Of a DNA stretch of 64,000 nt, positions 1 to 11,206 are shown piece by piece. Under the pieces are notes generated by a model, which was not told the origin of the DNA, ran no database searches, and saw nothing but the letters and a program-made list of their open reading frames with translations. Source of the DNA: Raja brachyura (Eukaryota); NCBI GenBank assembly GCA_963514005.1, contig OY740814.1, positions 11,222,001 through 11,286,000 of the forward strand, written 5' to 3'. The first letter of the stretch is position 1. Each line of letters starts with the position of its first letter. Both the position numbers and the translations under genes were made by a program.

Positions 1-985
1 ATGGGAAGTTAAGGGACGTCAGAAACAAGGAGAGAAAGACAGGGGGGGGGGGGGGGGCACGTTACCCCTGGGTAAATTGTTGCTCTCCTGACTCTCGGTT
101 GAGAAGCAGAGAGTTGAGGGCAAGGAGCCAGTTGCTAATTTGATGTCTAGTTCAGAGGGAGACTGCAAAATGGTTTCTAAATGAAAATTGAAACAAAAAC
201 TGTAGATGCTGGAAATCTGAAATAAAAATGCTGCAAAAACACTCAGTAGATCAGGCAACGTCCGCAGAAAGCAAAGCAATCGATGTTTTGGGGATGCTAA
301 GTGCTTGCATGTGAATGGAGCAATCTGCAAACAATAGATTCTGTGGGAAAGTCCATTTATGTTTACATGACAAAAGTCCTCACATTGTGCAAAGAATTCG
401 CAAAGGGACCCGGCTATTAAAAATGTAAACATAACCAAACACGCTCTGCAAGTCTAGTGTGGTTTCCCAACTTCTTCTCATAGAAATTGTGAAAAAATAA
501 AGTACTGTGAAAATAAAACCAATTATCATTCTAAAATTAAAAAAACATTAATATACAGTATAATTAAAATGAAGTTATAATCAAGGCCAAAGTAAACATT
601 GCAGGTATAATTCTTGGAATTATGTGGCTGTATCATCTCATTGCTTTATTTTTCCAAAGTAAAGGTGGGGATTCTTGTTGGATCACATATACAACCTATT
701 GACTGATGTGATTAGTATTGGATCACATTAGGATTAGGTTGGATCACATACAAACATTCCTTGTCCTTCAGTGGAATAAATGGGTGAACAAGAGGAGGAG
801 AATGGCATTGGAATCTGGTAAATGTTAGGAATCAGATTTGTGTAAATTGTTCTATCAATCGTGCTATCAAAGTCCCGCGTAGAATTTGAAGTGTGCAGGT
901 GGTCTTGTGCAAGAACAAGGTATGTGAGCAGAATGGGGTTATTTTCCTCTTTTTAATTATCTTCCTGTTCTCCGTCCCTCAACAG

Positions 986-1114
986 TGGAACTTCCCCCTC
1001 CTCATGTTTGCATGGAAGATAGCTCCAGCGTTGTGTTGTGGAAACACAGTGGTCATCAAACCCGCGGAACAAACACCACTGACTGCCCTCTACATGGGAG
1101 CTCTCATCAAAGAG
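986..1114 (+). CDS. ALDH1A2: ALDH1A2 (RALDH2) coding exon, equivalent to human exon 6 (129 bp)
   Basis: Polypyrimidine tract + cag| acceptor at 983-985, gag|gtgtgc donor. Encodes [43 protein letters not shown], near-identical to vertebrate ALDH1A2, with the oxyanion Asn in WNFP. Upstream exons lie outside the window. Confidence 0.97.
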
Positions 1115-1229
1115 GTGTGCCATTTTAGCTTTGTATTTAGCTGCCTGTGATAATGCCAGGAGAGTTCCACTGTTCATTTCCACACCTGCATTTTAACTGA
1201 GCTTGCTTCATCTGACCATTTATCCCCAG

Positions 1230-1343
1230 GCCGGTTTTCCACCGGGGGCGGTGAACATTTTACCTGGATTTGGCGGCACAGCCGGTGCAGCCATTGCGTC
1301 TCACATGGACATCGACAAAATTGCCTTCACTGGATCTACTGAG
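1230..1343 (+). CDS. ALDH1A2: ALDH1A2 coding exon 7-equivalent (114 bp)
   Basis: ccccag| acceptor, gag|gtagaa donor. Encodes [38 protein letters not shown] (NAD-binding region). The preceding intron is only 115 bp. Confidence 0.97.
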
Positions 1344-1997
1344 GTAGAATCATTCACAGATATACTAATCACATCTGTTAACATGTTGTATATGTCACTT
1401 AGTAAATTGTTAATGAATACATATGTTGATATAGAAATTAGAAATTATACTTAACATTTATTTATTGTCAATAAATGGTATTAAGCTGTTGTGGGCTCTT
1501 TAGAGTTAGGATGTGTAACATAAGAACAAATCTTTAATTTAGTTATTCTGGAGAGGATTACTTTGTGTTGCATCAACTGCACTTGGCACCATTCACTTAA
1601 GTCCTATCGTGTTGCTCTTCTGGCTCCCAATTGCTACACTCCTTTCTTGGAGAAAAACATAGAAAGTTATGATTCATCAAAATGAATACATTCTTGCTAA
1701 CACTTGCTTCCAGTAATGAGATTGCAACAGGAGCAATTAAAACAAGTAGTCATTATTCATGGATCTATGTTGATCCTCTGATTTTTCAAGAGATTGGGTA
1801 TTCTTGGTAAGAGATTAGAAAAAGTTTCCCCCACCTCCCATATAAAACAAGCTAAAGAACACCAAAAATATACATTTAACACATACTATAAATTATACAT
1901 TAAATGTGATTGAGATTAGATGATCAGGCATTGACTAAAATCCAAGCGGCTGAGAATGCTCAGTCAATAGCAGAAATCCTAGATGATCGACAGATAC

Positions 1998-2335
1998 TAT
2001 GGTGGAGATGTTAGAGCCACTGCCTCATTGCTCCAGAGGCCTAGGTTCATCCTCGCCTCCAGAGAACCAGGCTCACCCTTACCTTGGGCATTAGTCTGGA
2101 GGTAGCACATTCTCCCTGTGACCACGTGGCTTTCCACTGAGTGTTCCTCCCATATCACAAAGACATGCGGGTTAGTAAATTAATTGGTCGCTCTGAATTG
2201 TCCCTAGTGCGTAAGGGAGTGGTAAAACCTGGTAGGAGTTGATGGGAATGTAGGGAGAATAGATTACAGTAAAAATTAGTGGGGGGAAATGAGCTGGCAT
2301 AGACTTGAAGGGCCGAATGGCATCCTATGTCATAT
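1998..2335 (+). mobile_element. Degenerate V-SINE (HE1-like)
   Basis: tRNA-like head, V-domain remnant (ttctccctgtgaccacgtggctttcc) and LINE-type tail gggccgaatggcatcct. Confidence 0.7.
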
Positions 2336-2511
2336 GGAAATATGGAAGCATATGGATGTTCAATCATTGTCTAATCTCAGGCCCACTAAATGGACAGTCC
2401 CTGAATATGCGCATTCTGTATTATTTTATAGCCAAACAGTGTGGATATTGTTTCATTAAGTATAATCCCTGAGGTATTGATTGTTTGTTAGTGGCAATAA
2501 GCATACCGTCT

Positions 2512-2660
2512 CTCAGTCTGACAGAGGTCAGTCTAGAGAAGGGTTTTGGCTCAAAATGTTGCCTATTTCCTTCGCTCCATAGATGCTGCCATACCTGCTG
2601 AGTTTCTTCAGCAATTTTGTCTACCTTCAGTTTTCCAGCATCTGCAGTTCCTTCTTGAAC
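2512..2660 (+). mobile_element. Short Penelope-derived insert (degenerate hammerhead core)
   Basis: gaagggttttggctcaaaatgttgcc...cagcatctgcagttccttcttg. Flanked by agcatacc(g/t)tct at 2500-2511 and 2661-2672. Confidence 0.75.
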
Positions 2661-3654
2661 AGCATACCTTCTGTGCTTGCTCAATAATAACAATTCCACG
2701 TGATTTGAAGGCTCAGTCATTTTAGTGTCTCAATTCTTGTATTCAATATTATTATAGACATAGAGACTGCGTTTGTTTATTCACCAAGTACAATCCCAGA
2801 GCCCATGGCTGAGCTGAAGCTCAGAGGCTGCCTTGCTCAGTCATAGAGACTGAGGTCTTTTTGGATGGTAAATGGATCAAGAGGTGTGGAGACACACAGG
2901 AGATATGGAGACTGAGTGTGAATTTGAACCAGGCACTGATCTCACTGAGTGGTTGAGCTAGCTGGAGGGCCAATGAAAACTGGGACAAGGATAGATGAGT
3001 ACTCAGTGTAAATCAGAGTGCTTGAGTTCTTGATGACTAATTTTACTTTTCTTGTCCTGACTATCTGACAAATTCTGGTGCCACAGTCCTGGAGACGAGG
3101 GCTTCGGGTTGTAGTCCATTTGGTTGATTGTTGTTTCAGGTTGTCTCTGACTAAGTTCCACAGCTGAGGTAACGTCCTCTCCTGAGTCTGAGCTGCCTGA
3201 TACACCGAGCCCACTTTACAGACCCCCTTTGCTTGAAGATCTGCTGAGATGTTGCTCTTTCTTTCCCAGCTTTCCCCTTCATTATACCCACCCAGCAATA
3301 TAGGTGGTATCTGACACCACAGCACACTCCTCACACTACACCATACAACAATATCACAGGCAGCCACTGCCTAATTCTTTTTTTTTTTGCCAATCCACTT
3401 GCATTGCTCCACTGAAGTTTGTAATGCTGTGCCTGAATTGGAATGAAATGTTCACTGTTTGAGTTGACTCGTCCAGCTGTGTTAAATCTCAATGAGTTCA
3501 GATTTAATTATCTTTAACAAGGCATTAATAAGCAAGATGTTGGCATTTGATCTCTACTTTGCTGACGTTGACTGACCCTGTCTTGCACATGTGGAAATGT
3601 ACTGAGCACTGAGGAGTGGGCTGGTGATGTTACTGTACTGCTCCTGTTTACTTC

Positions 3655-3983
3655 AGCCCTGTCCCACGGTACGAGTTCATTCCAAGAGTTCTCCCGAGTT
3701 TGCCCTGATTCGAACTCGGAGATTTACGGTAATGGCCACTCGTCGGTACTCGGGGCTCTCGTGGACATTTTTCAACATGTTGAAAAATCTTCGCGAGACT
3801 TCCCGTGTTTACCTGCCGCAAGCGAGTCGTCCCGAGTACCTGCCGTTAGCGTTACGAGCCGCTAAGAGATGTCCCCGAGCTCCGACGTACCCGCTACGTT
3901 CATTCTCCGTGCTTACCCTGAGTTTGATTTTTTTTTTAACTCAGGAGAGCTCTTGGAATGAACTCGTACTGTGGGACAGGGCT
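3655..3983. mobile_element. MITE, probably PIF/Harbinger-like
   Basis: About 45-bp terminal inverted repeats agccctgtcccacggtacgagttcattccaagag / ctcttggaatgaactcgtactgtgggacagggct. CpG-rich, with internal palindrome atttttcaacatgttgaaaaat. Confidence 0.85.
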
Positions 3984-5460
3984 AGGGTCTGTCACGTGCC
4001 ATGGCAGCACAAGGCCGAGCTGACTGGTATTTGTGTCAGGATAATTCAGGAAATCTTGTAGTCATCTGTTTCACAGTTCAAACGGGCACAGGTAAAAAGT
4101 GATACCCCAATGATTAGTGACACCAAGGTATAGCATAAAACAAAGTAGGTAGGAGAAGCACTTTAAAATGTATAGAACATCGCTGGGAACTTGGCTTTTG
4201 ATTTTTCCAATGCAGTCAGAATACTAAAGATAAACTTGAAAAAAAAGAGATTTGTTACAGACCTGGAATGGTTGGAAATACTTTATGGGCAAGAATCCAA
4301 AAACCTTCAAGTGAAAACGGATTGTGTTGAATTTCTTTAAAAATTAACTCTGGTGTGAAAGAAGTTGTGACATTTTATGCATTTGAAGAAAAATATTTCC
4401 AGTCTCTCCTTCCGTCATAAGTAACAGCTTGCCTTAAATGCTGTTAATGTTTCAGAAAGGAGAGAATTGATGCAAGCAGTTGTGAAAATACCGATCACAA
4501 TTGAGAATGAGATCAAAGGGGCAGGGGTGCTGGAGATGGAGGTGATAGAAAGGCAGTTTACAGAGAGGGTTCCAGGTTCAGACTGAGATGGTCACGGCTT
4601 CCCTGGCAGATGATAGAGTCGGAGGAAGGGGCTGAAATTAATGTATAAAGAGAGTGAGGAAAGGAATGGCAAAATGGAGGGCACATTGGAGGATTTATAT
4701 ATTGAATGGAAATTTTGAACGCCATTTAAATTGGCAATAAATAAAAGAATAAAGGGGTGAAATGAGGTTGATGGATTAGAGACCTTCCTTAAATTTGGAA
4801 CTTTTATTGGGTGGAGCAGCCTCCAAAAAGAATGCTACAATCAGACTAATCTAATCACCATCGTCATTTAATCTAGAGTGGAGCCTTTGATGATCAGAAT
4901 AAACCATGTTCTCCAACCAGCACAGTGTATTCACACAACAGCTGCTTGCAATGTGAAAGCCAAAACTAAATGTCTTAATCATTCCAGAAACCAAAAAAAA
5001 GTTTGATAGATTTCTTTATTTCTTCTCATTTACTGTTGGAGTTTTAAAGTGAGGTATTTTAGAGCTCTATATATATATATGGTTGGAAATGGCTCTTGAT
5101 TTCTAATGCAATAATAAAAGTTGCATTTTCAGGAAATTCTGAACTTAATATTGTGCAATTTACATCACGTTTAGTTTCTCTATTACCTGTACACGTCTTG
5201 GTGCCAGAAAAAAAAAATTGAAAATCTAAAACCCCTTCTCACGGAGCCAAACAAAACACAGATGGTTGCTGTGACATTCAGCCATTGTAAACTTGGTCCG
5301 ATTTGGGTTTTGATTTCCTGTTATGATCCAAGTGTCTCAGAGCAACTGCTTTGCACAGAGTTGACATTTGGTTTGACAGGAATTCGACAAAGCAGTACAT
5401 CTATTTTCCTATAAGAGTCTGTACACCGCATGCCCAACGCTATCAAAGGGTTAAACGGAG

Positions 5461-6180
5461 TAAGAAAGAACTGCAGATGCTGGTAAAATTGAAGGTAGAC
5501 ACAAAATAGAAACATAGAAACACAGAAAAATAGGTGCAGGAGTAGGTCATTCGGCCCTTCGAGCCTGCACCGCCATTCAATATGATCATGGCTGATCATC
5601 CAACTCAGTATCCCGTACCTGCCTTCTCTCCATACCCCCGGATCCCTTTAGCCACAAGAGCCACATCCAACTCGCTCTTGAATATAGCCAATGAACTGGC
5701 CTCAATGACTTTCTGTGGCAGAGAATTCCAGAGACTCACCACTCTCTGTGTAAAGAATGTTTTCCTCATCTCGGTCCTAAAGGAATTCCCCCTTATCCTT
5801 AGACTGTGACCCCTTGTTCTGGAGTTCCCCAACATCGGGAACAACCTTCCTGCATCTAGCTTGTCCAACCCCTTAAGAATTTTGTAAGTTTCTATAAGAT
5901 CCCCCCTCAATCTTCTAAATTCCAGTGAGTACAAGCCGAGTCTATCCAGTCTTTCTTCATATGAAAGTCCCGACATCCCAGGAATCAGTCTGGTGAACCT
6001 TCTCTGAACCCCCTCTGAAATGCTGGAGTAACTCAGCTGGGTGGGTACAGCAGCATCTCTAGAGAGAAGGAATGGGTGACGTTTCAGGTCGAGACCAAGG
6101 GTCTCGACCCAAAACGTCACCCATTTCATCTCTCCAGAGATGCTGCTTGACCCGCTGAGTTACTCCAGCATTTTGTGTCC
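5461..6180. mobile_element. Fold-back Penelope-derived insert interrupted by a CR1 LINE
   Basis: Left arm 5461-5507 resumes at 6018. The arms invert around ggtcgagacc-aag-ggtctcgaccc (~6088-6110). Confidence 0.8.
5508..6017 (-). mobile_element. CR1/HER1-type LINE 3' fragment
   Basis: Translates to VQRRFTRLIPGMSGLSYEERLDRLGLYSLEFRRLRGDLIETYKILKG...FFTQRVVSLWNSLP (CR1 ORF2 C-terminus), with 3'UTR and (tttctatg)n tail. Confidence 0.92.
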
Positions 6181-6439
6181 ACTATCAAAGGGTTGCCTGT
6201 GAACCAGCTACTTGCTCATTGTAAAATGCTGCACTTCTTTTCTCCAAAGATCTGTTTGAGTGTGTCTTCTGCCTCTCTTAATTCCAAGACATAATGGCAT
6301 TATTTTTTCATGGACTATCTTCAATTGATAACCGCCACAATATTGTCCACCTTACAATTAACAAACTTAAGAATGAAAGAAACAAGAGCAGGCTTTGTGG
6401 TGTCATTTATCTGGGTCATGGCTAATCTCGGAGTCATTA

Positions 6440-7050
6440 TCCAACCCCATCCCCATATTCCGTAGTCCCACAATGCTCAAAAATATCTCAAGCTTTACCA
6501 TAAGGCAACAGAGTGAAAGAGCTTCTACAGGTCTTGATTAGTACAGGTGTCAGAGGTTATGAGGAGAAGGCAAGAGAATGGGGTTCAGAGGGAGAGATAT
6601 ATCAGCCATAATTGAATGGTGGAGTAGACTTGATGGGCCGAGTGGCCCGATTCTACTCCTATTCCTTATGACCTTATGGGCTCCAAAGGTCTGCCAACAT
6701 CTGAACAAAGACATTTCTCCTCATCTCTGTCCTAAATAGTTTACCCTTTATTCTCCAATTGTACCCCCCAGTTCTGAACTCCTCAGTGTGGGCACGCATC
6801 CTTCCTACACCTAAAGCGCCCCATCTTTTAGAAATCTTTATATGCTCATGAGATGTCATCCATATCATAAACACTAAAGAGTATAGTGTCAGATTTCTGA
6901 ATCTCTCCTCATATGACCACCCACCATCCCTGGAACCTGTCGAGTGAACCTTTGCTCCATTGCCATTATAGCAAGTCAGCTCTTCCCAAGCTGATCCCAA
7001 TCCTCAAGGTGAAGCCTTGCCAGAGACCTGCACAATTGCAACAAACCCTT
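6440..7050 (-). mobile_element. Old CR1-type LINE fragment with an opposite-strand CR1 tail inserted at ~6530-6675
   Basis: The minus ORF gives SYEERFRNL...FRTEMRRNVF. The inner segment matches the CR1 3'UTR on the + strand. Confidence 0.7.
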
Positions 7051-7886
7051 TGAAGATCTTTGCTTATAATTTGCTACCTGCTTTGTGGCTCTATAATCTA
7101 TAAGGATACAGGCCTGTATATCATAGATATATATATATATATAGTGCGTGTGCGCGTGCGTGTGTGTTGTGATAGATAGCATTGTTAAATGTATGAGCAG
7201 AAAAGTCTCCCTCACTGTTATCTTTCCGTGTAAAATGGGTGATTGTGGTGGTAGTCCTGTCAGATACCAACAACAATACCTCTGGTTCTTGTATGGAAAG
7301 AGAGGGATGGAGATTGCAGAACATTACAAAAATGTCAGTTGAGTTCAATTTGTTCTGTAAATAATGGTGATGTTGCAACCTCTCCATGGGCCAATGCCTG
7401 CAACATCTGGAGGTTTCATCCTTAATTCTGTCTTTATTTTTGATCTCAGTGGCCCTAAATGGAACTGTTAGCTCTCCTGCTAATCCTCCTGGGGGTCAGT
7501 TTACGTACTATCCACAAAGCCTGCTTTACTGTCACCAATACAACTGCCCATAAAACTGAAGCCAATGCAAGCATTGATTAAAACAGCCACAAGCTACAGA
7601 AGCTTTTCTTAACCCCTCTCCTGCAATTGTGGACACAAATAATCCAGCCGCCCGATGTATGATGTTTCTTCACATCTGGTCACAAATGTCCCACCCCTGC
7701 TCCCAATTTCATTTCTGCTTGATGTTGAAGCAGCCAACACTTCTGCAGTTAATGTCCTCCGCAGTTTTTCTCCTCTTTCTTCGATTCTCCACTCCCTCTT
7801 CTTTCTCGATCTGTGATAATATTAGAACTGGAACCGAGAAAACAAAATGCAACGCTCACTCATTGATACCGGCTCCATTCTGGGAT

Positions 7887-8012
7887 GTGTAGGAAAGAAC
7901 TGCAGATGCTGGTTTAAACCAAAGATAGACACAAAAAGCTGGAGTAACTCAGGGGGACAGGCAGCATCTCTGGAGGGGAGGAATGGGTGATGTTTCGGGT
8001 CGAGACCCTTCT
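7887..8012 (-). mobile_element. Short Penelope-derived insert, 13-bp TSD
   Basis: TSD tccattctgggat at 7874-7886 and 8013-8025. The 5' end falls within the hammerhead core. Confidence 0.85.
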
Positions 8013-8085
8013 TCCATTCTGGGATCCTTTTATTTGCTGTTCCCCATTCTGCTTCCGAAAATGTTGGGGAAAACAATATCAATTT

Positions 8086-8569
8086 GGGCGGCACAGTGGC
8101 GCAGCGGTATAGTTGCTGCCTTACAGCGCCAAAGACCCGGGTTTGATTCTGACCTCAGGTGCTGTCTGTATGGAGTTTGTACGTTCCCCCTGTGACCATG
8201 TAGGGTTTCTCCGGTTTCCTCCCACATTTCAAAAGCGGACCCGTTTGTAGGATAATTGGCCTTTGTAAATTGTCACTTGAGTGTAGGATAGAACCTGTGT
8301 ATAGGTTATCGATGATACACAAAAAGCTGGAGTCACTCAGCGGGACAGGCAGCATCACTGGAGAGAAGGAACGGATGAAGGGTCTCGACCTGAAAACTTC
8401 ACCCTTTCCTTCTCTCCAGAGATGCTGCCTGTCCCGCTGAGTTACTCCACCTTTGTGTGTATCTTCGGTTTAGACCAGCATCTGCAGTTCCTTCTTACAG
8501 GTCATCGATGGTTGGCGTGGACTCGGTGGGCCCAAGGCTTGTTTCCACGCTGTGTCTCTAAAACTAAAC
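8086..8569 (+). mobile_element. V-SINE (HE1-like) with a nested Penelope-derived insert
   Basis: Head gggcggcacagtggcgcagcggta (A-box) and B-box-like gggtttgattc. V-domain ggagtttgtacgttccccctgtgacc. Tail tgtttccacgctgtgtctctaaaactaaa. Confidence 0.88.
8315..8498. mobile_element. Fold-back Penelope-derived insert, 12-bp TSD
   Basis: TSD aggt(t/c)atcgatg at 8303-8314 and 8499-8510. The inverted arms meet at gatgaagggtctcgacctgaaa. Confidence 0.85.
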
Positions 8570-8679
8570 CACAACTGAAACAAATTAAACATTAAAGAAG
8601 GAACCTCCTAGAGAAAAAAACTTCTCTGTATTAACCTCTAACTAACCCTTCCAATTCACCCCACCCCATTTTTGCCTAC

Positions 8680-8945
8680 AGCTCCCCCCCCCCCAACCTC
8701 CACAATCCGGATCTCACGCATGGCACCCAGCTATTTGTCCCCTCCATCTCCACCACCCACCCATCCCACTGCTACTCTCATCTTCAATCTGTAACTCTTC
8801 AATCGTATTGTTCCCCTCCGCCCCACAATCAATCTGTGGAAGGGTCTTGACCTGTAAACGTCATCTTCTCCAGTGACGCTGCCTGACCTGCTGAGTTATT
8901 TCAGCGCTGTGTTCTTTTGCAGCATCTGCAGTTCTTTCTTGCAAC
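8680..8945 (+). mobile_element. Degenerate Penelope 3' end
   Basis: C-rich tract, then ctgtggaagggtcttgacctgtaaacgtc and gcagcatctgcagttc. Confidence 0.65.
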
Positions 8946-9479
8946 ATTTTGTATTCATCAGGATGGGTTTGTGCCGTTTAATGCTGCGGCAATCCTTAGT
9001 CCTTTACTCAGGGCCAGCTCCTGCTCACAGGCATTGAATGCACAGTAGAGTTGTCTGCTGGTGATGGTCAGTTGCGGACTGGCCAGGGTGTCAGCTTGCC
9101 CGATGGCAAATGGGCCCCTGATGAAGTGGGCCCCCTTTGTCTCCTGACAACCAATATTTTTAGACCCAGTCTGCCACTGGTGATGGTGATCAAGCATGGA
9201 GAGCTGTCTGATGTCACGGAGCAGGCTGAGGGGCCTTCATGTATCTGTGCATCATTGCCCACACCTGGATAGCTGAGATCTGAAAGATCCTGAATCTCAC
9301 GACACGTTTTGGCCTCCATCAGGTTTTTTGGTCAGATTCCGCACAAAAATTCAGTGCAGCCCAAAGGATTTTCTAGGCCTAGATTATTGCCACTAGATAA
9401 AAGGAAAAAAATAAGAGTTTTTAGAACAATGGACAACCTTTGTCCACTAGATGCAAAAGGCTATTAGTCAAAGAAGATC

Positions 9480-9877
9480 ACTTTATATTGCCAGAATGTG
9501 AGGGAATTGTACGCAAACTGGAGGAACAGCACCTCCTATTTCCTCCAGTTTGCGTACAATTCCCCCTCTATCCCCCCTCTCCCACTCTAATCGTCCTATT
9601 AGTTCCATTGTTTGCATCCTTGTATCCTTGCGTTGTCACCTCTTCTCCAGCCATCAACGGGCCATTGTGGGCTCCACCTTTCCTTCACCGGTCCTGCTTT
9701 GTTTGGGCCTTTTCTTACCTCCAGTTCCCTCCCCTCTACTTTCAGGCTGAAGAAGGGTCCTGACCCAAAATGTCACCCATCCTTTTTCCCAGGAGATGCT
9801 GCCTGACCGGCTGAGTTACTCCAGCACTTTGCGTCTGTCTTCGGTGTATACCAGCATCTGCAGTTCCTTTCTACACA
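9480..9877 (+). mobile_element. Penelope-like element 3' end (endonuclease C-terminal remnant plus terminal repeat)
   Basis: RKLEEQHLLF resembles the C-terminus of vertebrate Penelope GIY-YIG ORFs. It is followed by a pyrimidine-rich UTR, a hammerhead-like core at 9747-9774 and the shared terminus cagcatctgcagttcc. Confidence 0.75.
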
Positions 9878-10249
9878 TGTCCATTTGCCTATGGATCTGC
9901 TGAGACAGAGATCATTGAATTTTTACGGGATGTCTTTGTGAGGAGAGAGAGCAGGAACATGAGGTTAATTTGGAATTGTTGTAGTAATGAGTGAGCATAG
10001 ACACACTGGGCTGAATGGCCTTGTTCTGGGCTGCCTGGTTCTAAACTTGCTGGTACCAAGTTCTATGCATGTCGACGGCAGTGACTCGCTGCACAGTTTC
10101 AAGTGGAATTGCAGGAATTACTCCCTTTGATTTTACTAGGCATCAGATCATTAAATATTTAAATAGAAAACGTCTGGGCTTGATGTCATGTTCCAATGTT
10201 TCTTGCCAGCTGCGATGCTTATATTTCATTGCAATAAAGTAAATTCTGC

Positions 10250-10897
10250 TTTCCATTTAAGAAGCACCACTATCCTTAACAACAAAGAAGAAATGAACTG
10301 TGAGGAATGGAAATTGAAATTGTTTGTGAGCACTAGGGTAAATATTTGGGGACATTATGTGCAGTGAGGGACCCTGTGGTCTACAGATGGGTTCAGGCCA
10401 TTGGCCCGCCTGTGGGCAGTGGTTCGTTGACCAATTCTGTTCGTGCCACCCAACACTTATATTCAATAATTACATGGAGCTCAGTCAGGACAGAACAGTC
10501 ATGTGGAAAGGAGTTTAAGTAACAAAACAGTGGTTAGCGGTGACCCACTGTGGAAATGAGAGGAACGCTGAATGCGAAAAGGTGAAGCCAGGGCATTCAC
10601 AGCAAGGTCTGGCGGCATCTTCTTGTGCAAAGGTATCAGAGGAATGGAATTTGATTTCCGCCCCCAACTCTCCCGCCCATCCCACCCGACGACCATGCAT
10701 GCTAAGTGAGCTGAAGATTTAGCTTTTTATTAGGTGAGGGTGTTGAGAGACAGAGCAGAAAGGTGGAACAGTTGAGATAATCATTTCCATTTAAGAAGCA
10801 CCACTATCCTTAACAACAAAGAAGAAATAAACTGTGAGGAATGGAAATTGAAATTGTTTGTGAGCACTAGGGTAAATATTTGAAGACATTATGTGCA
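10250..10897. repeat. 114-bp direct repeat pair (10250-10363 / 10784-10897)
   Basis: tttccatttaagaagcaccactatcc...gacattatgtgca occurs twice with about 3 mismatches, separated by a 420-bp spacer. Confidence 0.93.
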
Positions 10898-10926
10898 TAA
10901 TGGAGATGATCAGATCAGATACATGG

Positions 10927-11015
10927 GTAGACAAAAAATGCTGGAGAAACTCAGCGGCTGAGGTAGCATCTATGGAGAGAAGGAATAGACAACGTTTTGG
11001 GTCGAGAACCTTCTT
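10927..11015 (-). mobile_element. Short Penelope-derived insert
   Basis: gtagacaaaaaatgctggagaaactcagcgg...gggtcgagaaccttctt. catgg is duplicated at both ends, and the empty site is visible in the opposite inverted-repeat arm. Confidence 0.8.
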
Positions 11016-11072
11016 CATGGTTCTGCATTATTGGAAGCAGTTGTCTACAGTTTGTGTGTTTGTCCACGAGTC

Positions 11073-11206
11073 TCCTTCTTTCGTGTGGCGTGCACAGCCT
11101 AAAGTTGTTGGACAACTTGTTCTATTTGATCTTCTGTTTGTGCACGTTGAATTGATTGCATTAGTCGAAACAGGGCGGACCACGTGATGGTTGCAATCTT
11201 CCACCC
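11073..11206 (-). mobile_element. ~134-bp SINE-like retroposon with GAA tail, 13-bp TSD
   Basis: TSD ttgtccacgagtc at 11060-11072 and 11207-11219. A homologue lies at 38674-38804. Confidence 0.85.

Noticed and set aside
893-1454. ORF-track proteins as separate small genes (also 20038-20439, 20832-21062, 21047-21316)
   Set aside because: They are ALDH1A2 exons read through into intron sequence. Splice sites define the real limits.
2942-3367. 141-aa minus-strand ORF (similarly 25736-25993, 32616-33056, 61435-61806)
   Set aside because: No recognisable domain or splice context. These are probably chance ORFs or decayed retroelement sequence.
8086-8160. tRNA gene
   Set aside because: This is the tRNA-derived head of a V-SINE. 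It continues into the V-domain and recurs in many diverged copies.
9111-9135. CTGATGA flanked by gggccc arms as a hammerhead
   Set aside because: There is no GAAA box or cleavage triplet at the right spacing.
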